NCBI GenBank assembly: GCA_947466535.1
Contig: CANIEV010000002.1
Location: forward strand, 1,432-65,431
Direction: 5' to 3'
Source: Betaproteobacteria bacterium
GTDB lineage: Bacteria > Pseudomonadota > Gammaproteobacteria > Burkholderiales > SG8-39
DNA: 64,000 nucleotides
Numbering within the stretch: the stretch's first letter is position 1; every line of letters begins with the position of its first letter. The position numbers were made by a program, and so were the translations under genes. Positions 17,993 to 28,436 of the stretch are shown here, one piece after another. Below the pieces are notes generated by a model. The model did not search any database. It worked only from the letters and a program-made list of their open reading frames with translations, and was not told where the DNA came from.

Positions 17993-18931
17993 TTACCCTG
18001 CGTGTATCGATCGCAACCGGGGAACTCGATCAAGCGACCAGTGCGCGAATGCCCATTGCCATAGTTCGTTCACGGATGCGCGCCCGAGTTCGCCGGGAAC
18101 GTCCTGCCCGAGAAACGAGAAGGCACAAAGCAAGGCGCGCGGGCCGTCCTTCGGGTCAATCGCCGGCGCAAGGGTCTTCTTGGAAAGCTTCTCACCCGCC
18201 TGATTCACCGCCACCGGAACGTGTGCGTAACGAGGAAGGGGGTATGCGAGCAGGCGTTGCAGGTGAATCTGGCGCGGCGTGGACCCGAGCAGGTCCGCGC
18301 CCCGGACGATATCCGTTACCCCTGCCTCGGCATCGTCGACCACCACGGCAAGCTGATACGCAAACAGGCCATCGGCGCGGCGCACCACGAAATCTCCGAT
18401 GTCGTTCGAGAGATTCTGCCGGATGTGCCCCTGGAGGGCATCGTCGAATTCGATCGTGCCGCTCCCGGCGCGCACACGTATCGCGCGCGGCGAACGGCCG
18501 GGCGGAATCCCGTTGCGGCAGGTGCCGGGGTAGACGAGTTCGTCCGTGGGTGTCATGGAACGCGTTTGTGAATCCGCGATTTCCTTGCGCGTGCAGGCGC
18601 AGGGGAATACCGATGCGGAAGCAAGGAGTCGTTCGAGGGCCGCTACGTAGGCTTCGGTGCGCCTGCTCTGATAGACGATCGGGCCATCCCATTCGAAGCC
18701 GAGCGCGGCAAGGGCCGAGATTTGCTGGTCCGCGGCGCCGCGTACTGTGCGCGGTGCGTCGACATCCTCGATGCGCAACAGCCATCGGGCCCCGTGAGTG
18801 CGGGCTTCGCAGAAACTCGCTACTGCGGTGACGAGCGATCCGAAATGGAGCGGTCCGGTGGGCGAGGGCGCAAAGCGTCCGCAACGGGTGGGGGCATTCG
18901 CAGGCACCTGCGGATTTTCCCTGATTCTCAT
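17993..18931 (-). CDS. gluQ: glutamyl-Q tRNA(Asp) synthetase
   Basis: GRFAPSPTGPLHFGSL (HIGH-like) and KLSKK (KMSKS-like) motifs. At about 310 aa it is a truncated GluRS paralog. Confidence 0.85.
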   Translation of the reverse strand: MRIRENPQVPANAPTRCGRFAPSPTGPLHFGSLVTAVASFCEARTHGARWLLRIEDVDAPRTVRGAADQQISALAALGFEWDGPIVYQSRRTEAYVAALERLLASASVFPCACTRKEIADSQTRSMTPTDELVYPGTCRNGIPPGRSPRAIRVRAGSGTIEFDDALQGHIRQNLSNDIGDFVVRRADGLFAYQLAVVVDDAEAGVTDIVRGADLLGSTPRQIHLQRLLAYPLPRYAHVPVAVNQAGEKLSKKTLAPAIDPKDGPRALLCAFSFLGQDVPGELGRASVNELWQWAFAHWSLDRVPRLRSIHAG

Positions 18932-18997
18932 ACGTGACCATTTGCCGGATCGTTAGGTAGACCGCTGATATACTTGAACATTAAACAGGAGACGGCG

Positions 18998-19363
18998 ATG
19001 GCCACGATTGAACTCACCAAGGAAAACTTCGAATCGGTCGTGACCGGCAATGACATGGTGGTGGTGGACTTCTGGGCGCCCTGGTGCGGCCCGTGCAAGG
19101 GTTTCGCGCCCACCTTCGAGGCCGCCTCCGAAAAGTATCCCGAGGTTGTGTTTGCGAAGGTCAACACCGACGCGGAGCAGGAAATCGCCGCTGCGTTCAG
19201 CATTCGCTCGATCCCCACGCTGATGCTGTTCCGTGAAAACGTGATGATCTACAACGAGGCCGGCGCGCTTCCCGGTTCCGCGCTTGATGAGGTGGTCACG
19301 GAGGCGAAGGCAATCGACATGGCGGAAGTGCGCAAGGAAATTGCCTCACGCGAGAGCGCGTAG
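18998..19363 (+). CDS. thioredoxin
   Basis: FWAPWCGPCK active site. GGAGA RBS precedes the ATG at 18998. Confidence 0.9.
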   Translation: MATIELTKENFESVVTGNDMVVVDFWAPWCGPCKGFAPTFEAASEKYPEVVFAKVNTDAEQEIAAAFSIRSIPTLMLFRENVMIYNEAGALPGSALDEVVTEAKAIDMAEVRKEIASRESA

Positions 19364-19377
19364 CAGCGACCGGCGGA

Positions 19378-21750
19378 ATGGCCACGCCGGACTCGGGCAG
19401 CGACATCACTTCCTCGCAGGAGGCGATCGCACGCCGCGTTCGCACGGAGCAGGTTCGGCTCGCATTCGAGTTCGACCGCTTTCGCCTGGCTGTAGGCCTG
19501 GTCGGTTTGCTTGTGGCCTACGCGGCACTCGACGGTGTGGTTTCCGGATGGGCGCTTTATTTCTGGATTTCGTTGACGCTTGTAATCCTGGTGGCACAGG
19601 CAGGCGTGAGCGTCGCCTATCGCCGCAGCGCGGATGCGACGTCGGCACCGGACCTCTGGGAAAAGCGACTCGTCGGCGGGCTCACCGCATCGGGCGTGGC
19701 GTGGGGCCTGTTGCCGTTGATGCTCATGCCGGAGCACAGCCTGGTGCACCAGATGTTCGTCATTTTCCTTGTGCCGACCATCACGATGTCGCGTGTCGCC
19801 GCACTGCAGAACAGCCGGCCGGCATTTCTCGGCTTTGCCGTACCCGCGATCGGCGGTTTGCTTGTCGAACTCGTTTTCCTGCGCGAAGGCGGGTTGTATG
19901 ACGCCGCGGCCCTGGGCATCGGAGCGTTCACCGCCCTGATGTATTTCATGTTTTCCGTGCTCAACCGCACCAGCTCGCGGACTCTCCTCGCACGTTTCGA
20001 GAACGAGGTGCTGCTGGCGGAAATCGGGCAGGCGGAGCGAACTGTCTCTGCGGCGCTGGCAGAAGAGGAGTTGATGTTCAATACCGCGCCGGTGGGGATG
20101 ATGTACCTCGATTTCAACGGCGGGCGGCGGATCACCAAATGCAACCGCATGATGGAGGATATTTTCGGTTACGGCCGCGGCGAGCTTGTTGGTCGTTCCG
20201 TGCGCGTGCTCTATCCGGGGCAGGAGGAATTTGATTCGCAGGGCGCCGAGATACTCGCGAGTTTCGGGTTGCGCGGCGTGCATGACGAAAATATCGCCAT
20301 GGTGCGCAAGGACGGCTCGCAGGTGTGGTGCCGTGCGATCGGGCGGCCAGTCGACCCCGCCAATCTCGACCGCGGCGTGATCTGGGTATTCGAGGATCTC
20401 AGCCAGAAGCGGCGAGCAGAAGACGAGCGGATGCGCAGCGAGCATCGTTTCGATCTCGCGACGCAGGCTTCGCCTGCGGGGTTCTGGGATTGGGATATCG
20501 CGCTTGACCGTGTGAACTACTCCCAGCGCTTTCGCGAACTACTCGGCTATTCGGGCGACCGCGAATTCCGCAAGGACTTCGATTTTCGGGAGAATCTGCA
20601 TGACGAGGACCGCGGCCGGGTACTCGAGTCGGTGCGGCGTCTTCTGGACGAGAAGGTGCCGTTCGAGGAAGTGTTGCGCATGCGTTGTGCCGACGGCGGA
20701 TTTCGGTGGATACAGGCGCGCGGGCGGGCGGAATGGGACGGTCAGGGCAAGGCAGTGCGTTTTGCGGGGGCGATCAGCGATTTCACGCTGGTTAAGGAGC
20801 GGGAGGAGGCGTTGTCGCGCCTGCGTGGGGAACTGGACGTCACGCGCGGCCGGATGCGTGATGCGATAGAAAGCGTTCCGGATGCGTTTGCGCTCTTCGA
20901 CAGCGAGGACAGGCTCGCGATGTGCAATCTCCGGTACGCCGAGCGGTATTCGGAGCATTACCGTCCCGAGGACATCATCGGGATGAGTTTCGAGGAACTG
21001 GTGCGCCGCTCGATCGCGCTCGGTGAAATCATTCCACCGGAGTACGTGGGGGATGTCGAAGCCTGGATTGCCGTGCGCGTGGAGCGGCACCGCAATGCGA
21101 ACGGTGAATCGTTCGTCTATCGCATTCCCGGAGACCGTTGGATACAGACGAGCGAAAGGCGCACGAGCGAGGGCGGCATCGTGGGCGTGCGTACCGATGT
21201 CACGGCGCTCAAGCGTGCCGAAGAGCAGGCGCAGCATCTTGCCAACCACGATTCCCTGACCGGATTGCCGAACCGCAGGCTCCTCGTGGACCGCCTCGAG
21301 CGCTATTTCAGCCAGGCAAGGCGTGACAAATCGCTGATGGCGGTGCTGCTGGTGGATCTGGATTACTTCAAGCTCATCAATGACAGGCACGGGCACGGTG
21401 CGGGCGACGATGCCTTGCGCGAGATTGCGCTGCGGCTGCGTGCGGCTGTGCGCGAGGTCGATACGGTCGCCAGGCACGGAGGCGACGAGTTCGTCGTGGC
21501 GTTGCCGCAGTTGTCGCGTCCGGAGGATGCGCTGCTTGTCGCCGACAAGATCGTGGCGGAAGTCACGCGTCCGCTGGAAATACGCGGCGAGCGTTTTCAG
21601 GTGTCTGCTTCGATCGGGATCAGCGTCTTTCCACGCGACGGTTCGGACGCGGAGGCGCTTATAAGGCTCGCCGACGACGCGATGTACCGCATGAAGCAGG
21701 ACGGGCGCAGCGGCGTGCGGTTCCATTCTGAGCCGAAAGCGCAGCCGTGA
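19378..21750 (+). CDS. membrane-anchored PAS/PAC sensor diguanylate cyclase (GGDEF)
   Basis: The N-terminus is multi-TM and is followed by repeated PAS-like segments. The C-terminus shows DSLTGLPNRR and RHGGDEF, the GGDEF signature. No EAL domain is seen. Confidence 0.85.
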   Translation: MATPDSGSDITSSQEAIARRVRTEQVRLAFEFDRFRLAVGLVGLLVAYAALDGVVSGWALYFWISLTLVILVAQAGVSVAYRRSADATSAPDLWEKRLVGGLTASGVAWGLLPLMLMPEHSLVHQMFVIFLVPTITMSRVAALQNSRPAFLGFAVPAIGGLLVELVFLREGGLYDAAALGIGAFTALMYFMFSVLNRTSSRTLLARFENEVLLAEIGQAERTVSAALAEEELMFNTAPVGMMYLDFNGGRRITKCNRMMEDIFGYGRGELVGRSVRVLYPGQEEFDSQGAEILASFGLRGVHDENIAMVRKDGSQVWCRAIGRPVDPANLDRGVIWVFEDLSQKRRAEDERMRSEHRFDLATQASPAGFWDWDIALDRVNYSQRFRELLGYSGDREFRKDFDFRENLHDEDRGRVLESVRRLLDEKVPFEEVLRMRCADGGFRWIQARGRAEWDGQGKAVRFAGAISDFTLVKEREEALSRLRGELDVTRGRMRDAIESVPDAFALFDSEDRLAMCNLRYAERYSEHYRPEDIIGMSFEELVRRSIALGEIIPPEYVGDVEAWIAVRVERHRNANGESFVYRIPGDRWIQTSERRTSEGGIVGVRTDVTALKRAEEQAQHLANHDSLTGLPNRRLLVDRLERYFSQARRDKSLMAVLLVDLDYFKLINDRHGHGAGDDALREIALRLRAAVREVDTVARHGGDEFVVALPQLSRPEDALLVADKIVAEVTRPLEIRGERFQVSASIGISVFPRDGSDAEALIRLADDAMYRMKQDGRSGVRFHSEPKAQP

Positions 21751-22178
21751 GCAGGTACTTCGGATTGTTCGAGGGCAGGCGACCCGCGAGGTCCGTCAAC
21801 TCGGGTGGCCGCCTTGCGCCGCTTCGTTCCTTGCCGAATGCGGTGAGCAGTCAGTGTGACCCGCGGGATTCCGTGCATTACATCGCGCCCTTGCAGCTTC
21901 GGGGCGAGCCCGACGTCCACTGGGCGCGGCTGGTCGGCACCGTACGCGAAATGCCGGGGTGCAGCGTGGTGGAGGAGCGTCGTGACTACTTCTACGCGGA
22001 GTTCCGGTCGAGCTTCTTTGGCTTCGTCGACGACGTGGAGTTTGCCCTCGACGCCGAGGCCGGGTTGATTCATGTGCGTTCTGCCGCGCGTCTCGGGCGC
22101 AGCGATTTCGGAGTGAACCGCAGGCGGGTAGAGAGTATTCGCCGATCCGGCGGTATTTCTGCGCAAGTGCCCGGCTGA
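21747..22178 (+). CDS. DUF1499 domain-containing protein
   Basis: YFYAEFRSSFFGFVDDVEF and IHVRSAARLGRSDFGVNRRR resemble DUF1499. The GTG start overlaps the upstream stop. Confidence 0.6.
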   Translation: MSRYFGLFEGRRPARSVNSGGRLAPLRSLPNAVSSQCDPRDSVHYIAPLQLRGEPDVHWARLVGTVREMPGCSVVEERRDYFYAEFRSSFFGFVDDVEFALDAEAGLIHVRSAARLGRSDFGVNRRRVESIRRSGGISAQVPG

Positions 22179-22195
22179 CGCTGTCGGGCGGCGTG

Positions 22196-23188
22196 TCAGC
22201 GAAGGATCTTGCGGGCGCGGGAAGATTTGCGCGGGGGCGCCGGCGTTGCCGGATGGCTCTGGAGTTCTCCCAGCAGGCTGGCGTGAATTTCGGGCGCCTC
22301 CAGTCGATGCAGGAACCAGCGCAGGGCGCGCCCTTTGTTATCGGTGCGCCAAGCATAGGCATAGTTTGCCTCTGGTTTGCTTCCCTCCACGGCCTTGACG
22401 GTCAGGCGTCGGGCGCCGACCTCGATGAGTGCGGCGAATTTGGGCAGGTAACCGCAACCCAGGCCCGCAACCTGAGCTGCGACCTTCGACTCCAGATCGG
22501 GAACCGTAAGGACGTCCTGGCCCGAAAGCAGGCCTACCGAACGCGGCGCAAGCGTTCGCGAGGTGTCGCCTACCGCGACTGCGCGATACGCCTGTATCTG
22601 TTCGTGACGCAATGGCTCGGGCATGGATGCAAGCGGATGCGAAGGCGCAACGGCAAACACGAAGTCGATGGTTCCCAGCGGACGGACGGAGCAGCCTCCA
22701 CTGCCAGGGGCATCCCCGGACACGCCGATGACGAGATCGGCGCGGCCCGAGGCGAGGGCATCCCATGTTCCGCCGAGTACCTCGTAGGAAAGCCTGATGC
22801 GCGTGGCGGTACGTTCACTGCCGTTGTCGCGGTAGAACGCTGCGACGAGCGGCAGCAGGCTCGATACATCGATCATGTCGTCGCAGGCGATGCGCAGTTC
22901 CGTCTCCCAGCCGGTGGCGAGCCGTTTGACGCGATGCTCGAGTTCGCCCGCGGCGCGAAGCAGGTGTCGCCCCTGGTCAAGAAGTTCCCGCCCCGCAGGC
23001 GTGAGCGCGGCGCGATGTCCCCGGCGATCGAATACCAGCACATCAAGATCGCGTTCCAGTTTTTGCACCGAGTAGGTCAGGGCCGAGGGGACACGGTGCA
23101 ACTCGTCGGCGGCGGCGGCAAAGCTGCCACGGCGGTCGATGGCATCGAGCACTTCGATGGCATCGAGCGACAGGCGAAGATTGCTCAT
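22196..23188 (-). CDS. LysR family transcriptional regulator
   Basis: N-terminal wHTH SFAAAADELHRVPSALTYSVQKLE plus a LysR substrate-binding domain. Divergent from the pirin gene. Confidence 0.9.
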   Translation of the reverse strand: MSNLRLSLDAIEVLDAIDRRGSFAAAADELHRVPSALTYSVQKLERDLDVLVFDRRGHRAALTPAGRELLDQGRHLLRAAGELEHRVKRLATGWETELRIACDDMIDVSSLLPLVAAFYRDNGSERTATRIRLSYEVLGGTWDALASGRADLVIGVSGDAPGSGGCSVRPLGTIDFVFAVAPSHPLASMPEPLRHEQIQAYRAVAVGDTSRTLAPRSVGLLSGQDVLTVPDLESKVAAQVAGLGCGYLPKFAALIEVGARRLTVKAVEGSKPEANYAYAWRTDNKGRALRWFLHRLEAPEIHASLLGELQSHPATPAPPRKSSRARKILR

Positions 23189-23300
23189 GTTGTTGAATTA
23201 TTTTGACTGATAAGAACGGTATTTTTCGCTTTTATAGCGCCATTTGCAAGAATAAGATGCGAAATATGTATTCAAACAATTTGTATGAAAGGGGCCTGAA

Positions 23301-23999
23301 ATGATTGAAATTCGGAAAGGCGCGGACCGTGGATACGCCGACCACGGGTGGCTCAAGTCGTTCCATACCTTTTCGTTTGCCGACTACTACGATCCGGCGA
23401 ACATGGGTTATGGCGCACTGCGTGTGATCAACGAGGATCGTGTCTCGCCGGGGCGCGGGTTCGGTACACATGGACACAAGGATATGGAGATCATCAGCTA
23501 CGTGCTGGAAGGCGAACTCGAGCACAAGGACAACATGGGCACCGGATCGGTGATCCGCCCGGGAGACGTGCAGCGAATGAGCGCAGGACGCGGCGTGTTG
23601 CACTCGGAGTACAACCCATCGAAATCGAACGGGGTGCACTTTCTGCAAATCTGGATACAGCCCGATGTGGTCGGAATCGCGCCGAGTTACGAGCAAAAGC
23701 GATTCGAGGCGGCCGAGAAGCGCGGCAAGTTGCGGCTGATTGCATCCCCGGATGCGCGTGAGGGCTCGGTTACGATTCACCAGGATGCGACATTGCTCGC
23801 GGGCCTGTTCGATGCTGGCGAGAAGGAGGAATACGCGCTTTCTGCCGGTCGGCGCGCCTGGGTGCATGCTGCACGGGGTGAAGTCACGATAAACGGCATT
23901 CGGCTTACTGCAGGCGATGCGCTCAAGGTCGCCGATGTCGACAGCTTGGCAATCGAACAGGGTAACAAGTCCGAAATACTTTTATTCGATCTCGCCTGA
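23301..23999 (+). CDS. pirin family protein
   Basis: GFGTHGHKDMEIISYVLEGELEHKD and MSAGRGVLHSEYN are pirin bicupin signatures. Confidence 0.9.
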   Translation: MIEIRKGADRGYADHGWLKSFHTFSFADYYDPANMGYGALRVINEDRVSPGRGFGTHGHKDMEIISYVLEGELEHKDNMGTGSVIRPGDVQRMSAGRGVLHSEYNPSKSNGVHFLQIWIQPDVVGIAPSYEQKRFEAAEKRGKLRLIASPDAREGSVTIHQDATLLAGLFDAGEKEEYALSAGRRAWVHAARGEVTINGIRLTAGDALKVADVDSLAIEQGNKSEILLFDLA

Positions 24000-24156
24000 G
24001 CGCCGTGCGAAGGAGTGATCGCCCCGTGGCCGGACCTCGCATTGCGGTCGGTCCCGGAGGCGGTCCTGCCCTTTGGTATGATCGACTTTTCATCGGTCCA
24101 TCTTCGCGAGCCATGCCAGATACGCGCAGCCTGATGCAAACGAGGCTGGCGCGAAA

Positions 24157-25362
24157 ATGAGCGCCTCCAACGGAATCCCTGCGCTTTCCCGGCGAGTGAC
24201 GCTTTTGCTGGTCGCGAGCCTCACCGTCATGTCGACTGCCACCATTGCGCCGTCAATGCCGCACATGGCGGAGGTATTCAGCGGCACGCCGAACGCCGAA
24301 TTTCTCACCAAGCTGATTCTTACAACCCCGGCGCTTGCGATCGCATTCTGCGCACCGCTTGCGGGGGCGATCGTCGATCGGTTCGGTCGACTGCGATTTC
24401 TCAAGCTGAATCTGGTGTTGTACGGATTTGCCGGCGCGTCGGGGTATGTGCTGGACAATCTGCACCACATACTCGCAGGGCGCGCCTTGCTGGGGGTGGC
24501 CGTGGCCGGGACGATGACCACGATGTCGACACTTACCGGGGACTATTTTTCTGGCGAAGCACGCGGCCGTTTCGCGGGAATCCAGAGCCTGTTCATGTCC
24601 CTTGGAGCAGTATTGTTCATCGGGCTCGGCGGCTTGCTTGCGGACCTCGACTGGCGCAGCCCGTTCCTTCTCTATCTTTTCGCATGGCTCATTCTCATCC
24701 CGGTCACGGTGTACCTGGAGGAGCCCAGGCGCGCCGCGAAGCACGGTACGGAAGGAGAAGGCGCAGACGGTCGCGTTCCCAAGGCGACCATAGGCCTTCT
24801 GTACCTGATCGTTCTTCTGTCGATGGTCGCCTATTACATGACGCCGGTGCAGTTGCCGTTCTATATACGGCAATTGGGTGTCGAGTCGAGCGCGCTTGCG
24901 GGTCTTGCGATCATTGTCTCGTCCCTTGCGGCGGCATTCGCATCATTCAGCTATGCACGCCTGCGGCGCCACCACGGTTTCCTCTCGATCTATGCGATCG
25001 GTTTCATGCTGATGGCTGCGGGATACGCGTTGATCGCGCTTGCAAGCGACTACTGGATTGTTCTCGGTGGGGCGATGCTCTCGGGCCTCGGCGTCGGCTT
25101 CATATTTCCGAACGGGAGTCTCTGGATCATTTCACTCGCACCGCAGCGGTATCGAGGCCGGCTCGCGGGAGGACTCACGGCGTCGATATTCCTCGGCCAG
25201 TTCCTGTCGCCGATTGTTGCCCAGCCCGCGGTGTCGGGATTCGGACTCGCGGGTGGATTTGCCGTGATGGCGGGTTCGCTCGTGCTGCTTTCCGTGTTGC
25301 TGTATGTTATTCGCACCGCAGTTCCCCGAGCGGACGAACGGGGCGGTCGAGGGCGAATCTGA
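24157..25362 (+). CDS. MFS transporter
   Basis: 12-TM-like hydrophobic profile; GAIVDRFGR is the MFS loop 2-3 motif. Confidence 0.85.
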   Translation: MSASNGIPALSRRVTLLLVASLTVMSTATIAPSMPHMAEVFSGTPNAEFLTKLILTTPALAIAFCAPLAGAIVDRFGRLRFLKLNLVLYGFAGASGYVLDNLHHILAGRALLGVAVAGTMTTMSTLTGDYFSGEARGRFAGIQSLFMSLGAVLFIGLGGLLADLDWRSPFLLYLFAWLILIPVTVYLEEPRRAAKHGTEGEGADGRVPKATIGLLYLIVLLSMVAYYMTPVQLPFYIRQLGVESSALAGLAIIVSSLAAAFASFSYARLRRHHGFLSIYAIGFMLMAAGYALIALASDYWIVLGGAMLSGLGVGFIFPNGSLWIISLAPQRYRGRLAGGLTASIFLGQFLSPIVAQPAVSGFGLAGGFAVMAGSLVLLSVLLYVIRTAVPRADERGGRGRI

Positions 25363-25466
25363 AACCATGGCCGTGTATCGGTCATCCACGCGGGAGCGGT
25401 GCGCCGGTTTGAGCCGACGCCGCGTTGTTTCGATGCTTTGATTTATACGGGGCGCAAAGCGTGACC

Positions 25467-26042
25467 ATGACACCGAAGATTCTCGCTTTTGCCGGAAGCG
25501 CCAGGTCGGAGTCGCTCAACAAGCGACTTGTCCGCGTCGCAGCGGAGGGTGCGAAAGCCGCCGGTGCGGACGTGACGCTTGTCGATCTTGATGACTATCC
25601 GATGCCGGTTTATCACGGCGATCTTGAGGCGAGGGAGGGTATTCCGCCCAGCGCGCGGGCGCTGAAGACGCTGTTTCGCGAGCATCACGGATTGCTGATC
25701 GCATCGCCTGAAAACAACGCGTCGATTCCTGCGATGCTGAAGAATTCGCTCGACTGGGTTTCACGGCCCGACGGCGGACAGAACGGGCTGGTTCCATACC
25801 AGGGCAAGGTAGCCGCATTGCTCTCGGCCTCTCCCGGGGTGCTGGGGGGCTTGCGCGGACTTGTCCAACTTAGGGCGGTGCTGCAGGCACTTGGCGTTTT
25901 AGTCATATCCGAGCAGTTAGCCCTGCCGCGCGCCCACGAAGCATTCGCAGATGCCGGAGGCCTGTCGGACCCGAAACAAAGGACATCCCTGCTCGGAGTA
26001 ACCGGGCGACTCGTCGAGGTTACCCGCCGCATGGCGGGGTGA
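25467..26042 (+). CDS. NAD(P)H-dependent FMN reductase family oxidoreductase
   Basis: MTPKILAFAGSARSESLNKRL and LLIASPENNASIPAMLKNSLDW are flavodoxin-like FMN reductase motifs. Confidence 0.85.
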   Translation: MTPKILAFAGSARSESLNKRLVRVAAEGAKAAGADVTLVDLDDYPMPVYHGDLEAREGIPPSARALKTLFREHHGLLIASPENNASIPAMLKNSLDWVSRPDGGQNGLVPYQGKVAALLSASPGVLGGLRGLVQLRAVLQALGVLVISEQLALPRAHEAFADAGGLSDPKQRTSLLGVTGRLVEVTRRMAG

Positions 26043-26064
26043 ACCCGAACAGCGGCGAAGCTCC

Positions 26065-27634
26065 ATGCACCTGCTCGGACAAGCGGCGGTATTTCTCCTG
26101 ACGGCGGTGTTGATCGTCCCGGTTTTCCAGCGACTGAAACTCGGTGCGGTGCTCGGCTATCACGCGGCCGGAATGCAGATCGGTCCGTGAGGCTTGAAAC
26201 TCGCCGGTGAAGTCGGTGCATCCATGGAGATCGCTGAATTCGGGATGGTGCTCCTGTTGTTTCTCATAGGTCTTGAGCTTGAGCCGCGACGCCTGTGGGT
26301 GTTGCGCCGGCCGGTGTTCGGGCTTGGTGGTGCACAGGTTGCTTTTACCGGACTCGTGCTTTTGGCCTGCGCCGCGGCCTTCGGCATGAATGTTTCTTCA
26401 TTGCTGGTCGCCGGGCTCGGTCTGGCGATGTCTTCGACAGCTCTGGTCCTGTCATCCCTTGCGGAGCGAGGCCAGCTTACCGCCCGTCACGGTCGGGAGG
26501 CGTTTGCGGTTCTCCTGTTCCATGACCTTGCGGTGATTTCGCTACTCGCGTTGCTGCCCTCTGTTCGCCGAGGGGGCGTACGCAGTCCTCCGGAGGCTGG
26601 CTTGCTGCGGCAAAGGGTGTGACAGTCATCGTCGGTGTCGTGATTGCCAGCCGGCTTGTCGTGCGCCCTGCGCTGAAGGCTATTGCTGCCTATGGGGGAG
26701 CGAGGTCTTCACCGCCGCAGCACTGATGCTTGAGGTGGGTGGCGCACTCCTGATGCATTCGATCGGGTTGTCTGCCTCGCTCGGTGCCTTTCTAGCCGGG
26801 GTATTTCTCGCGGATTCGGAGTTCCGGCATGAACTGGAGGCGGATATCCAGCCGTTCAAGGGACTGCTGTTGGGATTGTTCTTCATGGCTGTTGGCATGG
26901 GCGCCAATCTCGGTGTGTTCGCGGACCGACCGCTCGCGGTTTGTGCGCTGTCGCTCGGGCTTGTCGTCGTGAAACTGGTGATGATGTTCGCGATGGCGAG
27001 TTCGACACGATCGACGGCGAGGGCAGTCCGGTAGCCATTGCCGGCTACGGGCGTGTAGGACAGGTCGCGTCGCGGATGTTCAGGAGGGTGGGTTCCTTTC
27101 ACGGCGCTGTAGGCATGCTACCAGCAGGTGGACTTCGTCCGCCGATTCGGCAGCAAGGTGCATTACGGAGACGCATCGCGCCTCGAACTTCTGGAGGCGG
27201 CAGAGGCGGCGAACGCCAAGCTGTTTGTGCTCGCGATCGATGATGTCGAGGCTTCGGTGTGAACCGCAGAGGTCGTCAGGAGGCACTTTCCTGCGCTGCC
27301 TATCGCGGTGCGCGCACGAAACCGGGTGCATTACTTCCGGCTGCGCGACCTCGGTATCCGGGCAATATTCCGCGAGACGTTTCCGTCAAGCATCGAAATG
27401 GGACGAACGGCGCTGCTTCGCCTGGGAATATCCGGAACCGCGACCGAACGTACGATGGCGGCATTCAGGATCCACGATGAGGAATTGCTGGATGCCCAAT
27501 ATGCGGTTCACCATGATGAAGCGCAGCTCATCCAGACCACAAAGGAAGTGAGCGAGCAGTTGCGGGAGGTGTTCGAGGCGGACTCGGCCGCGCCGATCGT
27601 GCCGGATTCCGGCGCGTCTTCCCGGGACGGGTAA
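26065..27634 (+). pseudogene. decayed kefB/kefC-type glutathione-gated K+/H+ antiporter gene
   Basis: Homology starts at the ATG at 26065. A TGA at 26188 replaces the conserved Trp of IGPWGL. Similarity then hops between all three frames (frame change near 26560-26600, near 26690-26720 and near 27085). The end of the membrane domain is missing, indicating a deletion near 26990. The KTN/TrkA-N part (VAIAGYGRVGQ, HYGDASRLELLEAAEAANAKLFVLAIDD) carries an in-frame TAG at 27110 and TGA at 27260. Confidence 0.85.
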
Positions 27635-27800
27635 GACATCTCCGTACCTGGTAATCATGTGCATCGCTCGTGCACGTCGGCGGGCTTCAGGCCGATCTGG
27701 TGCACAATCACGGCCTGCGAAGCGCGGAACGCACCCGTGCGGGCATCCCCTCGTGCGGCATCATTCGTGCAACCGTGTTTCCGGTTCTTTCGTTTTCTCC

Positions 27801-28436
27801 ATGAAAAACATTGTCATCCTGATTTCCGGTCGTGGAAGCAACATGCAGGCTATCGTAGATGCGGGCGTTCCCGCGCGCTTGGCGGCCGTGATCTCAAATC
27901 GTGGCGATGCCGAAGGTCTCACGTGGGCTGGCGGACGGGGAATTGCAACGGACGTGGTGGATCACAAGGCGTTTCCCAGCCGCGAGGCATTTGACGATGC
28001 GCTGGCGGCGCGTATTGATGCGGAATCGCCGGATCTCGTGATACTCGCCGGCTTCATGCGTGTTCTCACCGAGAAGTTTGTTCGTCACTATGACGGGCGC
28101 CTGCTCAATATCCACCCGTCGCTGCTGCCGTCCTTTCCCGGACTTCATACTCACAGGCAGGCAATCGGTGCCGGAGTCAAGGTGCACGGTTGCACGGTTC
28201 ATTTCGTGACGCCGGCCCTGGATCATGGTCCGATAGTCATTCAGTCAGCCGTGCCTGTGCTGACGGATGACGACGAGGACTCGCTCGCGGCGAGGGTGCT
28301 TGCGCAGGAGCACAAGATTTATCCGAAGGCTGTCCGGTGGTTTCTTGAGGGAAATCTGGTCATCGTACAGGGCAGTGTGCGCGTTAAAGGTGGTAGTCAA
28401 AGTCAGTTCGTGATGTGTAACCCCGGAGTTTCATGA
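27801..28436 (+). CDS. purN: phosphoribosylglycinamide formyltransferase
   Basis: MKNIVILISGRGSNMQAI, NIHPSLLPSFPG and GCTVHFV motifs. The ATG at 27801 gives the normal length of about 211 aa. Confidence 0.9.
   Translation: MKNIVILISGRGSNMQAIVDAGVPARLAAVISNRGDAEGLTWAGGRGIATDVVDHKAFPSREAFDDALAARIDAESPDLVILAGFMRVLTEKFVRHYDGRLLNIHPSLLPSFPGLHTHRQAIGAGVKVHGCTVHFVTPALDHGPIVIQSAVPVLTDDDEDSLAARVLAQEHKIYPKAVRWFLEGNLVIVQGSVRVKGGSQSQFVMCNPGVS

Noticed and set aside
26188-26190. The in-frame TGA at the conserved Trp of the KefC-like gene could be selenocysteine, programmed read-through, or a reassigned codon.
   Set aside because: The same gene carries several frameshifts, a deletion and two more in-frame stops. 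All other genes in the window use TGA as a normal stop. Pseudogenisation is the simpler explanation.
27736-27774. Three direct CGTGC(G)GCATC-like repeats lie upstream of purN.
   Set aside because: The repeats are short, GC-rich and imperfect, with irregular 14-16 bp spacing. They resemble no purine-regulon operator I know, and this could easily arise by chance in GC-rich DNA.
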